Below, piece by piece: positions 29,201 through 39,300 of a stretch of 64,000 nucleotides of DNA. Both the position numbers and the translations under genes were made by a program. Origin of the DNA: a virus; the IMG/VR virus record IMGVR_UViG_3300047157_000174, positions 1-64,000 of that record, one strand, 5' to 3'. Under the pieces are notes generated by a model, which did not search any database, was not told the origin of the DNA, and saw nothing but the letters and a program-made list of their open reading frames with translations. Numbering within the stretch: the first letter of the stretch is position 1; each line of letters opens with the position of its first letter.

Positions 29201-32200
29201 ATCACCCCAAGTAACGCCTGTTAGATACGAAGCCGAAGCATGATTTCCCCAACCATAAGCAGTATCCCAATTAGAACTAGAATCAGTTATTCTGGTATAT
29301 GTATTAGCACCTGTTTTCTTTAACAAACCTGCTGTATCATTTAAACCTGCTATGGCTACTAAATCAGCATCTAATGTTACTTCATTCGCCGTTTTAATTA
29401 AACCCGTTCCAACAGTTATTTGTCCTAATCCCGAAAATTGAGTGAATATTAAATCATCAGTATCTAATGTTGTCGCTTCTGTTGTTAAAACATATCCTTG
29501 ATTTGCATTAACTGTTCCTTCTTCAACCCAAGTAAACATTCCTTTGTTTATTTTAGCAACAGTATTTGCATCTGTTGCCCTAGTCCAAGCACCGGCTTTA
29601 CAAAGATAAATACCATTATCTTCTGCATCTGTTTGATTCTTTACTAATACTCTATCATCAGCAATTACACTTATTGCATCAATAGTTTGAGTGCCACTTA
29701 AAGTAATGTTTCCAGTAGTAGCAACTCTTACTGAATCTTTAATGTCTAATCCTTGTTGAACTATTGCTGCTCTAGCATCAGCAATAACAGTAATTTCAGC
29801 CTCAGTTTTGTAAGTACCCAAATCACTTATTTGTGATTCTGTAATACTTAATGCTCCTTGATGAGTAGTAACATCTGATTGCGATACCGTATAAGAAGTT
29901 AGATAACTAGGGTTTGAAGAAGGAATCCATGAAGGTACAACACCCGAAATATCAACAGTTACATCTGATATTGTATTATTGTTACTTGTTAATGACAATG
30001 TTCCACTAGCAAAACTAGCGGCATTTATAAAATCATTACTATCAACAGAAGAACCTGCACCAATAGAGGTTCTAAATGCAGTTGCTTGAATAGTAGTTAA
30101 ATCATCTGCTCTTGCTAAAAGATTCGCTACTGATACATTGTCAACTGCGGTAGTCCCTGCTAGAGCGTCTGTTATTCCATAACCTGCAAGGGTTGTCGGT
30201 TTACCCGTTAAATTAGAAAACGCTCCACCGAATGATGATGTTCCCGCACCGATATTACTGAGTATTGTGCCTTTATCGGTATTACCAATACTAGTTGCGG
30301 CAACTAACGCAGCAGTTACATTTGCTGCATTAGCAGTTAGTTTAGCAGTATTAGCAGAAACAGCAGAAGCATCAGTATAACTTATTTTACTATTATTAGT
30401 TGCTATATTAGTTGCCATTGTATTTAGATTAAGTGCAGAATTAACAGTAAGGTGTCCTACTTTCGTAGCGTCTGCTGTTGGATATGTATTCTTAGCAGTA
30501 TTAAGATTTAGAGCAGTAACCAAGTTTTGAGTGCTACCACCATTAGGTATAGTAATATCACCTGTAAACGTGGGGTCGTCAAACATAGTAGTTTTACTTT
30601 CATTAGTTACATTGGTTAATCCTACCATTGCTTTAGTAATGCCACCTACTGTGCCTGTAAAAGTAGGACTAGCGAGATTAGCCTTTAAATCTAAAGCAGT
30701 TTGTTGTGCGGTTGAAACTGGTTTAGCAGTATCAGCAGTATTATCAACATTAGATAACACCCCTCCTAACGTTCCTGTAAATGTAGGAGAAGACATTGTA
30801 GGACTTGTAAACATAGTTGCTTTGCTTTCATTGGTTACATTTCCTAAATCTACATCACTAGCACTAGCGGCAGTTAATATTTCAGATTGTAAAGTGGAGG
30901 CAGATTTATTATCTACATTGTCTAATTGCATTGTTGTTTTTAAAGCAGAAGGACTTTCATTAGCAACATTATCTAAATTTAAAGTTGCAGTAGTTATTTT
31001 AGAATTATCAAATATAACATCAGCATTACTAGCATTTTGTATAATTACCGCAGTGCCACCATCGTTAATTTCTAATTTACCTGCCGCATTTATTCCTAAT
31101 GTTAAGTTATTAGAAAGTGCTTTACCCGCAATAGTTCTAGATGTAGGGACTTTTGCTGCCAAATCAGTAGCCAAATCAGTAATCTTAGATTGCGCTAAAG
31201 TCGGTATTCTAGCAGTATCAAAAGTTCCACTTGTTATTTTAGCAGTTGAAAGGGAAGGTATTAATGATTCAGTTACAGCAGCCATTAATTCTGTTAAACT
31301 TAATTTTTTAACTGCGCCCGAATCACTATTATCACGGAAAATTAAACTATCGTTTGCTATGTCTATACTAGATAAAGCAGTTAAACCACTAATAATATCA
31401 GTAGTTCCAATGTTAGTATTTGTATCTGTATTTATTGCTGAAATATCTAGAGTCTGATTCGTTCCCCCCGATACAGTAGCAGTTATTGTTCCTCCACTCA
31501 AAGATAAACCGGAAAGAAATTTATTTGTATCTGCTGTCATGTCATCAACACTAACAGTAATTTTACCACTCGAATCATCGTAAGTAGTTCCTAGCCTTGT
31601 ATGTGAACCGTCAAACATAGCACCTACAATATCTTGCACTGCTTCTGTTGATATTTGACTATCAGTAGTAAATCCTTGACCTGTTACGAAAGTATGTATT
31701 TGGTCTGCCGTAGCCAAACCCGTACCTCCATCAGCAATAGCAGCAGTTCCTAAAGTAGCAGCAGCACCTAATCCTAAATTAGTAATAGCGTTAGATTTTT
31801 GTGTTGCTGTTAAGTTCTGACTTGCAGTATCTATTCTTAATCTGTTACCTAAAGCAGTTGAAGTTGTTGTAGCAAAGTTAGCATCATCCCCTAATGCGGC
31901 GGCTAATTCATTTAATGTATCTAAAGCAGTAGGTGCAGAACTAACTAGCCCCGATACTTGACTATCCACATAAGCCTTAACTGATTCCGCAGATGCAACA
32001 TTAGTAGCAGAAGCACCCGACATTGTATCACTATCTATTAATGGTAGTTGGGTATTTGTATCAGTAGAAGCAATCGTAATATTATTTGCATCTGTATGTG
32101 TAAGTGTAATGTTAGAACCCGATACAAACTTAATATCTTGATTACCTGAACCTGCACCACTTTCTGTTAATCTTAACATTATATCGCCCGAATCATGGCC

Positions 32201-33022
32201 TATGAGTGTAGAAGTATCTACAAAAGAGGTAGCATATTCATTTTGTGTATTTGTATCAGTGTTAGCAATATAAGCAGGTATTCCGAAAGTTCCGTCATGT
32301 TTTAAGAAATGCCCCGCCGTTCCCGCCGAAGGAACTAGACCGTTATTTCCTGTGGAAATAGCAGAAGAATATGCTACATCAGCAGTTCTCGCCAAAGTTC
32401 CTGTCGTAGATGGAAGAGTAATAGTAGCAGAACCTTTTGTTAATGTTCCATCAGGATTAATTCTAGTAGTTTCAGCACCACCATTTATTGCAGAAAAGCC
32501 TCTAGAAGTTTGTACATTTCCTGTTAGCCATTGTACATCTCTATTAGTAGCATTATTTGCAGAACCCGCAGTGTATTTAATCAAAGCAATTGGTATATCT
32601 CCATCCTTCAATTCTGCTACTGTTTCAGTAGTAGTGTTAGCCTTGCCTGTTACTGCCCCTTCCCTGAAATACAAGTTGTTTAACGTTTCACCGCTTTCTG
32701 TACCGTCTGCAATTACAATTAAACCGTACCAATTTTTAGATGCGTTTGCTGTACTTGTTGTTGTGATATTTTTATATGGTACGGACACAACAAGACCATT
32801 TCTAATTGCTGTTAAAGCATCACTACCATTGTTTGTTTTTTCAACTTCATAAGCAGTATAACTACTACTAGTACCCTGAGTAAGAACAGCAGTACTGATT
32901 AATCTATTTTGACCCATAGCAGTATTAAGAGTTTTAATTATACCAGTATGTATTGCATCTGTTCCATCTACTAATTGTGTTGTAGCGCCTAATCTACTGA
33001 TAAATCCTGTATTGTCAACCAT
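23240..33022 (-). CDS. Giant (3260 aa) tail fibre / adhesin
   Basis: Phage fibre motifs (APTALDTLNELAAALGDD; VRVATT..ITLSG.QTID...DRVLVKNQ), internal repeats, and C-terminal YadA-head-like N-x-A-I-G repeats. Confidence 0.8.
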   Translation of the reverse strand: MVDNTGFISRLGATTQLVDGTDAIHTGIIKTLNTAMGQNRLISTAVLTQGTSSSYTAYEVEKTNNGSDALTAIRNGLVVSVPYKNITTTSTANASKNWYGLIVIADGTESGETLNNLYFREGAVTGKANTTTETVAELKDGDIPIALIKYTAGSANNATNRDVQWLTGNVQTSRGFSAINGGAETTRINPDGTLTKGSATITLPSTTGTLARTADVAYSSAISTGNNGLVPSAGTAGHFLKHDGTFGIPAYIANTDTNTQNEYATSFVDTSTLIGHDSGDIMLRLTESGAGSGNQDIKFVSGSNITLTHTDANNITIASTDTNTQLPLIDSDTMSGASATNVASAESVKAYVDSQVSGLVSSAPTALDTLNELAAALGDDANFATTTSTALGNRLRIDTASQNLTATQKSNAITNLGLGAAATLGTAAIADGGTGLATADQIHTFVTGQGFTTDSQISTEAVQDIVGAMFDGSHTRLGTTYDDSSGKITVSVDDMTADTNKFLSGLSLSGGTITATVSGGTNQTLDISAINTDTNTNIGTTDIISGLTALSSIDIANDSLIFRDNSDSGAVKKLSLTELMAAVTESLIPSLSTAKITSGTFDTARIPTLAQSKITDLATDLAAKVPTSRTIAGKALSNNLTLGINAAGKLEINDGGTAVIIQNASNADVIFDNSKITTATLNLDNVANESPSALKTTMQLDNVDNKSASTLQSEILTAASASDVDLGNVTNESKATMFTSPTMSSPTFTGTLGGVLSNVDNTADTAKPVSTAQQTALDLKANLASPTFTGTVGGITKAMVGLTNVTNESKTTMFDDPTFTGDITIPNGGSTQNLVTALNLNTAKNTYPTADATKVGHLTVNSALNLNTMATNIATNNSKISYTDASAVSANTAKLTANAANVTAALVAATSIGNTDKGTILSNIGAGTSSFGGAFSNLTGKPTTLAGYGITDALAGTTAVDNVSVANLLARADDLTTIQATAFRTSIGAGSSVDSNDFINAASFASGTLSLTSNNNTISDVTVDISGVVPSWIPSSNPSYLTSYTVSQSDVTTHQGALSITESQISDLGTYKTEAEITVIADARAAIVQQGLDIKDSVRVATTGNITLSGTQTIDAISVIADDRVLVKNQTDAEDNGIYLCKAGAWTRATDANTVAKINKGMFTWVEEGTVNANQGYVLTTEATTLDTDDLIFTQFSGLGQITVGTGLIKTANEVTLDADLVAIAGLNDTAGLLKKTGANTYTRITDSSSNWDTAYGWGNHASASYLTGVTWGDLTGTVPSSVLNSNISATSLGLVIGTDVQAYNANYLTSETNDLSSAVTWPSVPSTPLSGVTTKFVNLATAANGTTTFTLVDNPNTDTTYSAATTSAAGLLTSTHFDILNSVTTIGEKIVATTNPSNNTNGLLKLTNTNGTLSTSLDTNTYLTSQTSHADVLVDGDFTGAGIMFRGTNAGDYSVGQISTHNIVNDAVSYAKMQNVSATSRVLGRISTSAGNIEELTAANLRTIIGIGEGTSTIENGATGDQTASEITALLNDVASYSLGTAGAGLVTVNNALTITGDLTVNGTTTTLNKTEIDVQDALVFTYDTATPADAKTTTLRITDPTENRIVTIPNATFTIPTQDTTYSEATNLVAGLMSTAHHDKLDNIAENANNFSLADDAVTYAKIQNVATANRLLGSSSADGAVSEVQVAAGMIASGALTLAKMEDIGAGTILGSNRVSATGIPIALTKSEVTTMLGLNNVENGADITDATNVAAAGALMDGDFTNNGLLKRTGAGSYTVDTSTYLTAHPTITAASTTSNSGRTYIQNLTLDGNGHITALTTATETVTDTNLSNAGVIGKVLTGLNATSGGALATGDTILEAFGKLQNRVAANDDKITNTDVSVSNDNLRTALSNLESASGVNNDETLFIGADAGDTISLRGALSVAGDVTFGGSASNLEVNDNVILIGKKDANVNVISGTLSDYYGIEVEAGKTNSGDIAHKSLVYDTSAGRWKFTNDGSTYVSIPVPSEYGSGLTGSLAAASSGNIPQGLDFPRFTGASNANSTTLEGLTAAEMRTALDLEIGTDVQAYHARLADIAGLAVTDGGIIVGDGTNFVLETTSTARTSLGAAASGNITASDLTIVSGGSNYLTFAGNTDVSNAGIETIRINADTANSGNSNFSGSGLRLTAIGANKFLSLNTVLTDIIDATTPIDDVSVANLKNALDSNLGAVNFGDSNDTITIAGNLVVTGDTTYSNETIQIVEDNTLAFRAGDGNTYEVLLTADNPTTTDVTITLPVSAGDFTIPTQNTQLSTADVRGKISASGNSSYNSTTGVITSTDTNKFLSGLSLSGTTITAAVTGGTNQTLDIASINTDTNKFLSGLSLSGSTITATVTGGTNQTLDISSVNTDTVYSLPTASSTVLGGIKVGSNLTISSGVLSGTADTVYTHPTTAGNKHIPTLGSADQFLTYSGVSGTAAWATIAYSQISGTPTIPSGGGVIDWTGANAGTIHSSNYNGAQTVFTVQDADDTEVLIAHGRQLRFVEGNGLDINFTDTDSGADGDEFDLTFKVADDGIGSDQLANTAVTAGSYTNANITVDAQGRLTAASTGSSGSSGATALNGLTDVISNITNFTDSILISPDGAAPPHGTLSNAHSNVGIGKDALSVVASGSSNVALGFNAMKSFTTGYKSVAIGYRAMDSTTAVAQGVAIGADAGRNMTATNAVVIGAVAGTNLTSGAGSVFIGEGAGYGVTTEAHNIAIGSMALSSSNLSGATYNIGIGSFVGYDITSGDYNIGMGAFSLRELESGSSNLMFGKNSGMNITTGNRNIGIGGQSYDGATSESDNIAIGYDALGGSVAGAEYTVAIGNYTLDALTSGDNNTAIGYNSATALIEGNHNTAIGSYSYFRATDGTYNTVIGQNSGGGLRSGSYNIVTGFNTMSQINNDGDYNVAIGTHSMSAATGNDVNYNTAIGTSSLQSITSGAKNIALGQTAGNNITSGDFNVVIGAADVASATGDSQLSISSGDGGVTWITGASTGAVDIPTALEVGTGTQPLPANGVVTIINDDSDTTKTLLLVDNESDATNGPVLTLYRNTASPLANDVLGKIELNGEDVGGNPRAYGSIRQESTTVGNGSHDGTMFLNVAINGTQTDVVSVDGTGGYGGLTHNPSGIKTLGNVVGATSTANNNYITLLAVPHANFKAIKASVHITDSSSNEVQTMDVMCHYDGSAANFTEYGIIYDGAAPIGEIEVDINSNNIRIRFKNTQGATRTLAGSIHAVCHP
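25853..26066 (-). repeat. Tandem 35-aa (105-nt) repeat in the fibre gene; a third copy lies at about 31415-31531
   Basis: DTNKFLSGLSLSG.TITA.V.GGTNQTLDI...NT occurs three times. Confidence 0.85.
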
Positions 33023-33384
33023 TATTTCAACTCCACTCTAATTGTAAAAGACACCGTATCAGATGCCGCGACTACGCCTGTGCTAGTGAATGTTACTCTT
33101 GTTAACATTGCGCCCGCATTAGAACCACTTCCTGTACCGTCATGGAATATACCTAATTCACTAACTCCCGAAGTTGGTATTTGAGAACCTAAGAAATCTA
33201 CATTCCAAATTAAAGTAGAACCAACTCTAGTCGGAGTTACATTAGTAGCGTGTGTATAAACAACATGGTCTAAATTAAGTTGTGATGGAGAAGTGCTATC
33301 CGAACCATCACCTATCTTAATAACCGTATATTTAGACATAATATAATTCGCCATTATTTCTTCTTTACCTGTATTCACTATCAT
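33022..33384 (-). CDS. Baseplate / fibre-attachment protein
   Basis: IVNTG...IKIGDG...ELGIF...MLTRVTF pattern of tail-fibre N-terminal/baseplate domains. Confidence 0.6.
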   Translation of the reverse strand: MIVNTGKEEIMANYIMSKYTVIKIGDGSDSTSPSQLNLDHVVYTHATNVTPTRVGSTLIWNVDFLGSQIPTSGVSELGIFHDGTGSGSNAGAMLTRVTFTSTGVVAASDTVSFTIRVELK

Positions 33385-33386
33385 AC

Positions 33387-36300
33387 TTATACATCCTTTT
33401 CACTCTTGTAGGTTTTTAATGTTGTTGACCCTGCCCCGAATCCTAACAACGTATCGAAACCTAATGCACTATCAAAACCTAAATTAGCACTAGACCTAGT
33501 TATTTTATATTCTATTGTGCCGTTTTGTATTGTAAACGAATCAAATACACTCTTTCCTACAACACTTTGTACTGAGTTTTTACCGAATAAAGTAAATGAA
33601 CTGCTTGTTTGTTTACTGGAAAGTTCTCCCAATCTTTCAGCAATTGTTTTATTAAAAGTTCCAACGGTAATAGTTGATACTCCATCCAAGATATTTTCAA
33701 TTTCAAAGACTTGATAATCATTAATTGGTATGTCGTGATTCGGGAAATCTAAAGTTAAAATATCTCCCGCCTCTAATAATTCTAATCCTTCTTTTTGTAT
33801 TTTTAATTTTATTTTTCTTATATCTGCATTGTGTATTTCTAACAATTGTGTTGCTTTTATTTTCGCATCTGATAATGATTTAATTGAAGAATCTACATGA
33901 CGAATAGTTCTAGTCCTTTTAGTAGTAGGTATTTCTGATTCTGCTTTGACACCATCACCAACTACAATTATTTTATTTGCTTTATCCAATAAAGATTTAT
34001 TACTTTCTACTGAAATTAAATTATGTCCCGATTTATAACTAATAGAAAATCTCCTAAGACTGTGAACATCTTCTACGTTCTTCGCTATTATTTCACCATT
34101 AGATATTTTATAATCTAATCCTCTTTTACTAGCCAAATGATTAATTGCAGTGAATGAATCTACGTCTTCAAATTGTGCATCTGAAATAAATATTTTATTA
34201 TTACGTTTAATTAATTCGTCATACGAAGAAGGACTAAAAACAATATTATCAAATGTTATAGTAGTATTGCTAACGACAGTAACCTTACCTACTAAATAAC
34301 CTTCTTGAGTGTAAATAACATCATTTACATCAACTCCAATCGGTTTATTTACACAAGTTATTACATTACCATTAACTGAATCTACTAAATTAGTCGTATA
34401 TTCTTTAAGACTTTGTTCATAATTCATATCTAAACCGGATTCTTTTGCTATCTCTTCAATAGCATTATTTATTTTAGAACTAATATTTACTATTGTACCC
34501 ATAAAACATTTTTTAGGTTTTATGTTTATTTTTTTAGGAACGGTTATAGTATTTATCTTACCAAAAGAAACACAACCATTTCCTGTTATAGTGCCATCGT
34601 ATTCAAATTTAAGTGAAGTGTTAGTTTTAGTAACAGACAAAGATTTCTTTTGTTCATTTATACCATCACTAATAAAACAATCAATCTCTTCTCCATCGGT
34701 AAACATACCCATGTTAGTAAATAGCCTTCTTTCTAAATATGTATTAGTCGTATCTATTTCTAATAGCATTTGCATAGAATACACACCTTCCGAATCAGTA
34801 GATTTAGTCCCCTCAGTACCTCCTGTTTTAAAGTCGGCAAATACCTTATCATGTTGTAAGCCTGAGTCATCCATTACATTAATTTCAAAGAAATCAGGTG
34901 TTTCATCAAATGTGGTTTCTGATATTCTCATTAATCTATATGTACCCACAACACTCAAATCTTTATCAAAAGTAATTGTATGTTGCCATTTGTTACTAAC
35001 TACTTTTTTCGTATGGCTAATTATTTTACCAATATATGATGGAGTACCTCTTGCAGTTATATTTGGCCCAACTATATATTGTCCTGTTAAATCTACCATA
35101 TAGTGTAACCAATGATGTGTAGAACTACTATCCATAGTTCTAGTAATCACATTAGGAGAACTACTATAATCACCCGACACAATATTAAATCGTGGTTTAA
35201 TTAACATCTGAGCAGCAAATATTTTTCCATGCTCATCATCATTAGAAACCTCATTATGTATAGTATCGGCATCATTATCTCCACTTATTTTATTTATATT
35301 TAGAAATTTATTCGCATTAATTAAAGGGTAGTTTTCTGTTTTCATTCCTATAAATGAGGCGGGTAAATGTCTTTGCCCACCTAAATTATATCCTTTTCTG
35401 ACTAAAAGGTTTTTAGAATGTTGATTCTGAGAATTTGTGGATAAATCAATATTTGTGTTATTATAATCATTATCTATGGTAAGTAAAGAACTAGAATCAA
35501 AATCATATAAATTACTTGCATCTTTACTAGTTATATTTTTAATATTTCTAAATACAGCAACACAATTATCATAGATAGTTTTAGACGGAAAATCAGCATA
35601 ATAATGTGGAGTTACAATTCCATTACTATTACCCAATAAAGGTGAGGATAAACCCGACAAAACTGCTGAACGATGATACAGGCTTCCGTTAGCACCGCCC
35701 TCTACCGAGCCAGTAGGCGCACCCATTATGCCGTAATGTACTCCCGATTTAACAAATGCCTTAGTATTAGAAGTACCATCATTAGTAAATGTTTTAGATA
35801 TAATTGGTAAAAATACATTATGAACATCATAACCAAAATTACTACCATTTTTTAGAGCATTGTAAGCAAAATACTGTTCTCCTCTATGTGTTAATGCTAA
35901 ATTAGGTAAAGCAAAATATGCAAGAGTAAAATTAACACCCTCACTACTGTATGTAGCAGCATCACCAACACTATACAAGTAATCATCCGAAGACAATAAT
36001 AATGGCGATTGAGGTCTATTTGTATTGTTCCAAATAACCCCACTTTCTTTATCTGAAAACCTACTTAACTGTGTAATAGGAACTTTAGATATTTCATCCC
36101 TATTTTTTAACGAATCTGAATCTATTGGATTAAAATGCCAGTCAAATGTTGATTCAACCAATCTAATAATACCCCATCTTCTCAAATCTTTAGTATTTGT
36201 TATTGCTGATTCAGTTATAGAAGAGGTATCATAATCTTTGTCTTGAATAGATACTGAACTAGTTTTACCTTGATAATTACTATGTGATATTTGGTCTGTA

Positions 36301-39300
36301 TTAGTTCCGATACCTTCCCACAACATTCCATAATTAACAACTTGATTTGATTTTCCATTATATGAAATATGATTGTAACGTAAATACGAATCAGGAAATA
36401 AATCACCCGCTACAAAAAATTCATACGTTCTAGTCCTGTAATCTTTCTGAACAAATAACTCAACTTTATCATCGAAAGTATTATTCAATACACTAGCATT
36501 AAATCTTGTATCTGTTGAAAGAGCATTCATTTCCCAATAGTTACTAGTTGCACTATTAGATTGACCGTCTGTAACCATAACATTTGAAGTTCTTATTGTG
36601 TTGGTTGTGCCTGTTTCTGTAAAGTTTTGAATCAAATTATTATTAGTTACAATTGATGTGTCCTTATCCATTCCTTCAAATGTAATATTATGTGCTAAAG
36701 TATATCCACTTATTTTACTAGGTTTTTTACCATCCAAATATATACTATCAGAATCATTAAAATTAATTGTTCCAGAATTAAAGGATTGTAAATCAATATA
36801 TCTAAAAATATCATTTGATGTGTAAAAATTATTAAACGTATTATCTAGTTTATGTATATAGCCACCTCTAGGTAAATTAGTATTTAATAAATATATACTA
36901 GCAGATTTAGTGTGATTAGAATTAATTCTAGTATCGGAAGAATTTTCATCTATTAACCCTAAAGAAACTGGAAAAATAGGACTAACGTTTATACTAGTTT
37001 TATTTGTTTCCGATTCAATTATATCTACAACAGACATATAATTAGAACTTTGAATCATTTTTATTGCTTTATTAACATATATTTCATTTTCTTCTGCTAG
37101 TTGAAATAAAAATTTAGAATCAAATTCACTAATTGAATTGATACTATGTAAATCATAACCCATTTTATCTTCTGTTTGGAGTAAAGTATTCTTACTAATG
37201 TCTTCTAATTCTAAAGATTGATTAAAAGAAAATCCTTGTTCTATTCCTATTCCTTTTTCAGAAGCCCCTTCTAAAGTAGTTGGTCTCAATGACATTAATT
37301 TATTAGATGACATGGCTTTGTTGAGAGATAAATAATTACCTGTTGTAAATGGATTATAATAGTAATATGTTGTTCCATTACTTATAGAAATATATGAATT
37401 ATCTAATAATGTTATTGTGCTAGTTCCTGATGAATGGGTTATATTATCAACTTCTCCTATCAAAACTTTGTTTGTGTTAAACAATAAAGTATATTTTGTA
37501 AATAAACTAGTCTTATCACCGCTTACGGTAACAGTCGTGTTTGTAGTATTGCTATTAATACTAGTAGCAATTTCATCTATCGTTCCGGTAACTTGAGTTA
37601 ATGTTAAATTAGGATTTAATGAAGATTTGATAATATCTGAAGAAAAATTAAGATTTTTATTAACAGTAGTAGTCAACAATTTAGCAACATCATCCCTTCC
37701 CGAAACTGTATAAGTCATCATCCCATTTTCATTTTTAGATTCTATATCTTCCACATTACCGTTGAATATTTCTTCATTTAATGTAAAACTACCATTGTAA
37801 TAATACATTCTAGAAATGGGTGTCTTCTGATAATACTGTTTCGTTGATTCTAAAACTGTCAAATATTTATGTGTCTTATCTCCATAATTCACTCTTAAAT
37901 CATGTCCTCGTCTATTAGTTATTGACAATCTAGAATTGTATAGTTTTGTATTCTCCACTTCTATTGTTCTATCCTCTAGGGTTAATCTATCGCTTTGGTC
38001 GTGTCTTACTGTTGTATCTGCTGCGAACTCAACATTTAGTTTATTGTTAGAATAAGGAACTATGTAACAATCAGCACTAGTAAAAGTATGAACAGTAGCA
38101 CCACCAACAAAAACATTACTGTTTACAGTTTTTCTAGCATCTATTGTAAAAGTTTGAGTTGTTAATGTATAATTTCTAGCAGCAACCGACTCTACAACAT
38201 AATGATAACCGTCTATTTCTAAGATAGTATTATCTGATAGTATTGAAGAATAATCATATTCTCCGGTTAAACCATTTATAGTAATAGTATTAGAACTAGA
38301 ACTTACTTTGTGTTCAATTTTTTTAAGTTTCATACTATCCGAGAATAAACCATTTCTAACTACCATTTTAGAATCTTCTGTAACTTTCAAATGTTGAGTA
38401 CCGCTATTATCTAAAGTAGTAACAGTAGCAATTTTACTCATTTTATTTTTAGGATTATTTACTATTGTATCTAATGTTGTAGGTATTTTATCATTCTTTA
38501 AGGAAGCAGTTTCAAATGTTATATATTTCATAGCACCGTTTAAATTTTCACTTTCAGTCCAAACATTACCCGAAAAAGAATGTGCATCGGTAGAACTTCT
38601 TTTCATTAAAGGGAACGCTTTATTCCAATACAATGGGTCGAAACTACTATCATCTTCATCATCTATTAATGTATTATCAACTAATACGGCATCCATCAAT
38701 CCTCGACCCTTATTTTGTATGGTATTGTCATATTTTTTTTCTGTTTTGAAAACTACATTTTGTATTGTATGTCCTATTTTTAAGTCGGCATCTGTTGAGG
38801 CCGATATTGCTATTCTAGCAAAGTCTAACCTAGCATTATACACCCTACTTTCAATTGCTCCACCGTCATCTCCTAAAGATTCTATGTTACCAATATATGT
38901 TCCGCTTGAATTAAACAATGACATTCCTTCTGTCAACTTATCCCAATTTGCTTTTTTAGCCGTAGAAAATTGAATTTGTCTCCCACCTCCACCAATTGCA
39001 TAAACATCATGTTCATTAATTACACTAGTAGAAATTGTAGATAAAGTAGTTTCCCAAATTCTATTAGATGTTACAGTGTATTTTTCATTGTAATCTAATT
39101 GGTCTTTTTCTTCTAATCTATCATTATAAAAATAAAATGTAGGAGTATTTACATTACATATTTTATCATATTTATTTGTTGTAGCAGAAGTATCTCCTCT
39201 AAGACCGTATGATACTGCTACTAAATCTGTATCTGTTTTTGCTGCACCCTTGTATATTTCAAACTTAGTTCCTTTCGGTATTTCACCATTATATTTAGGA

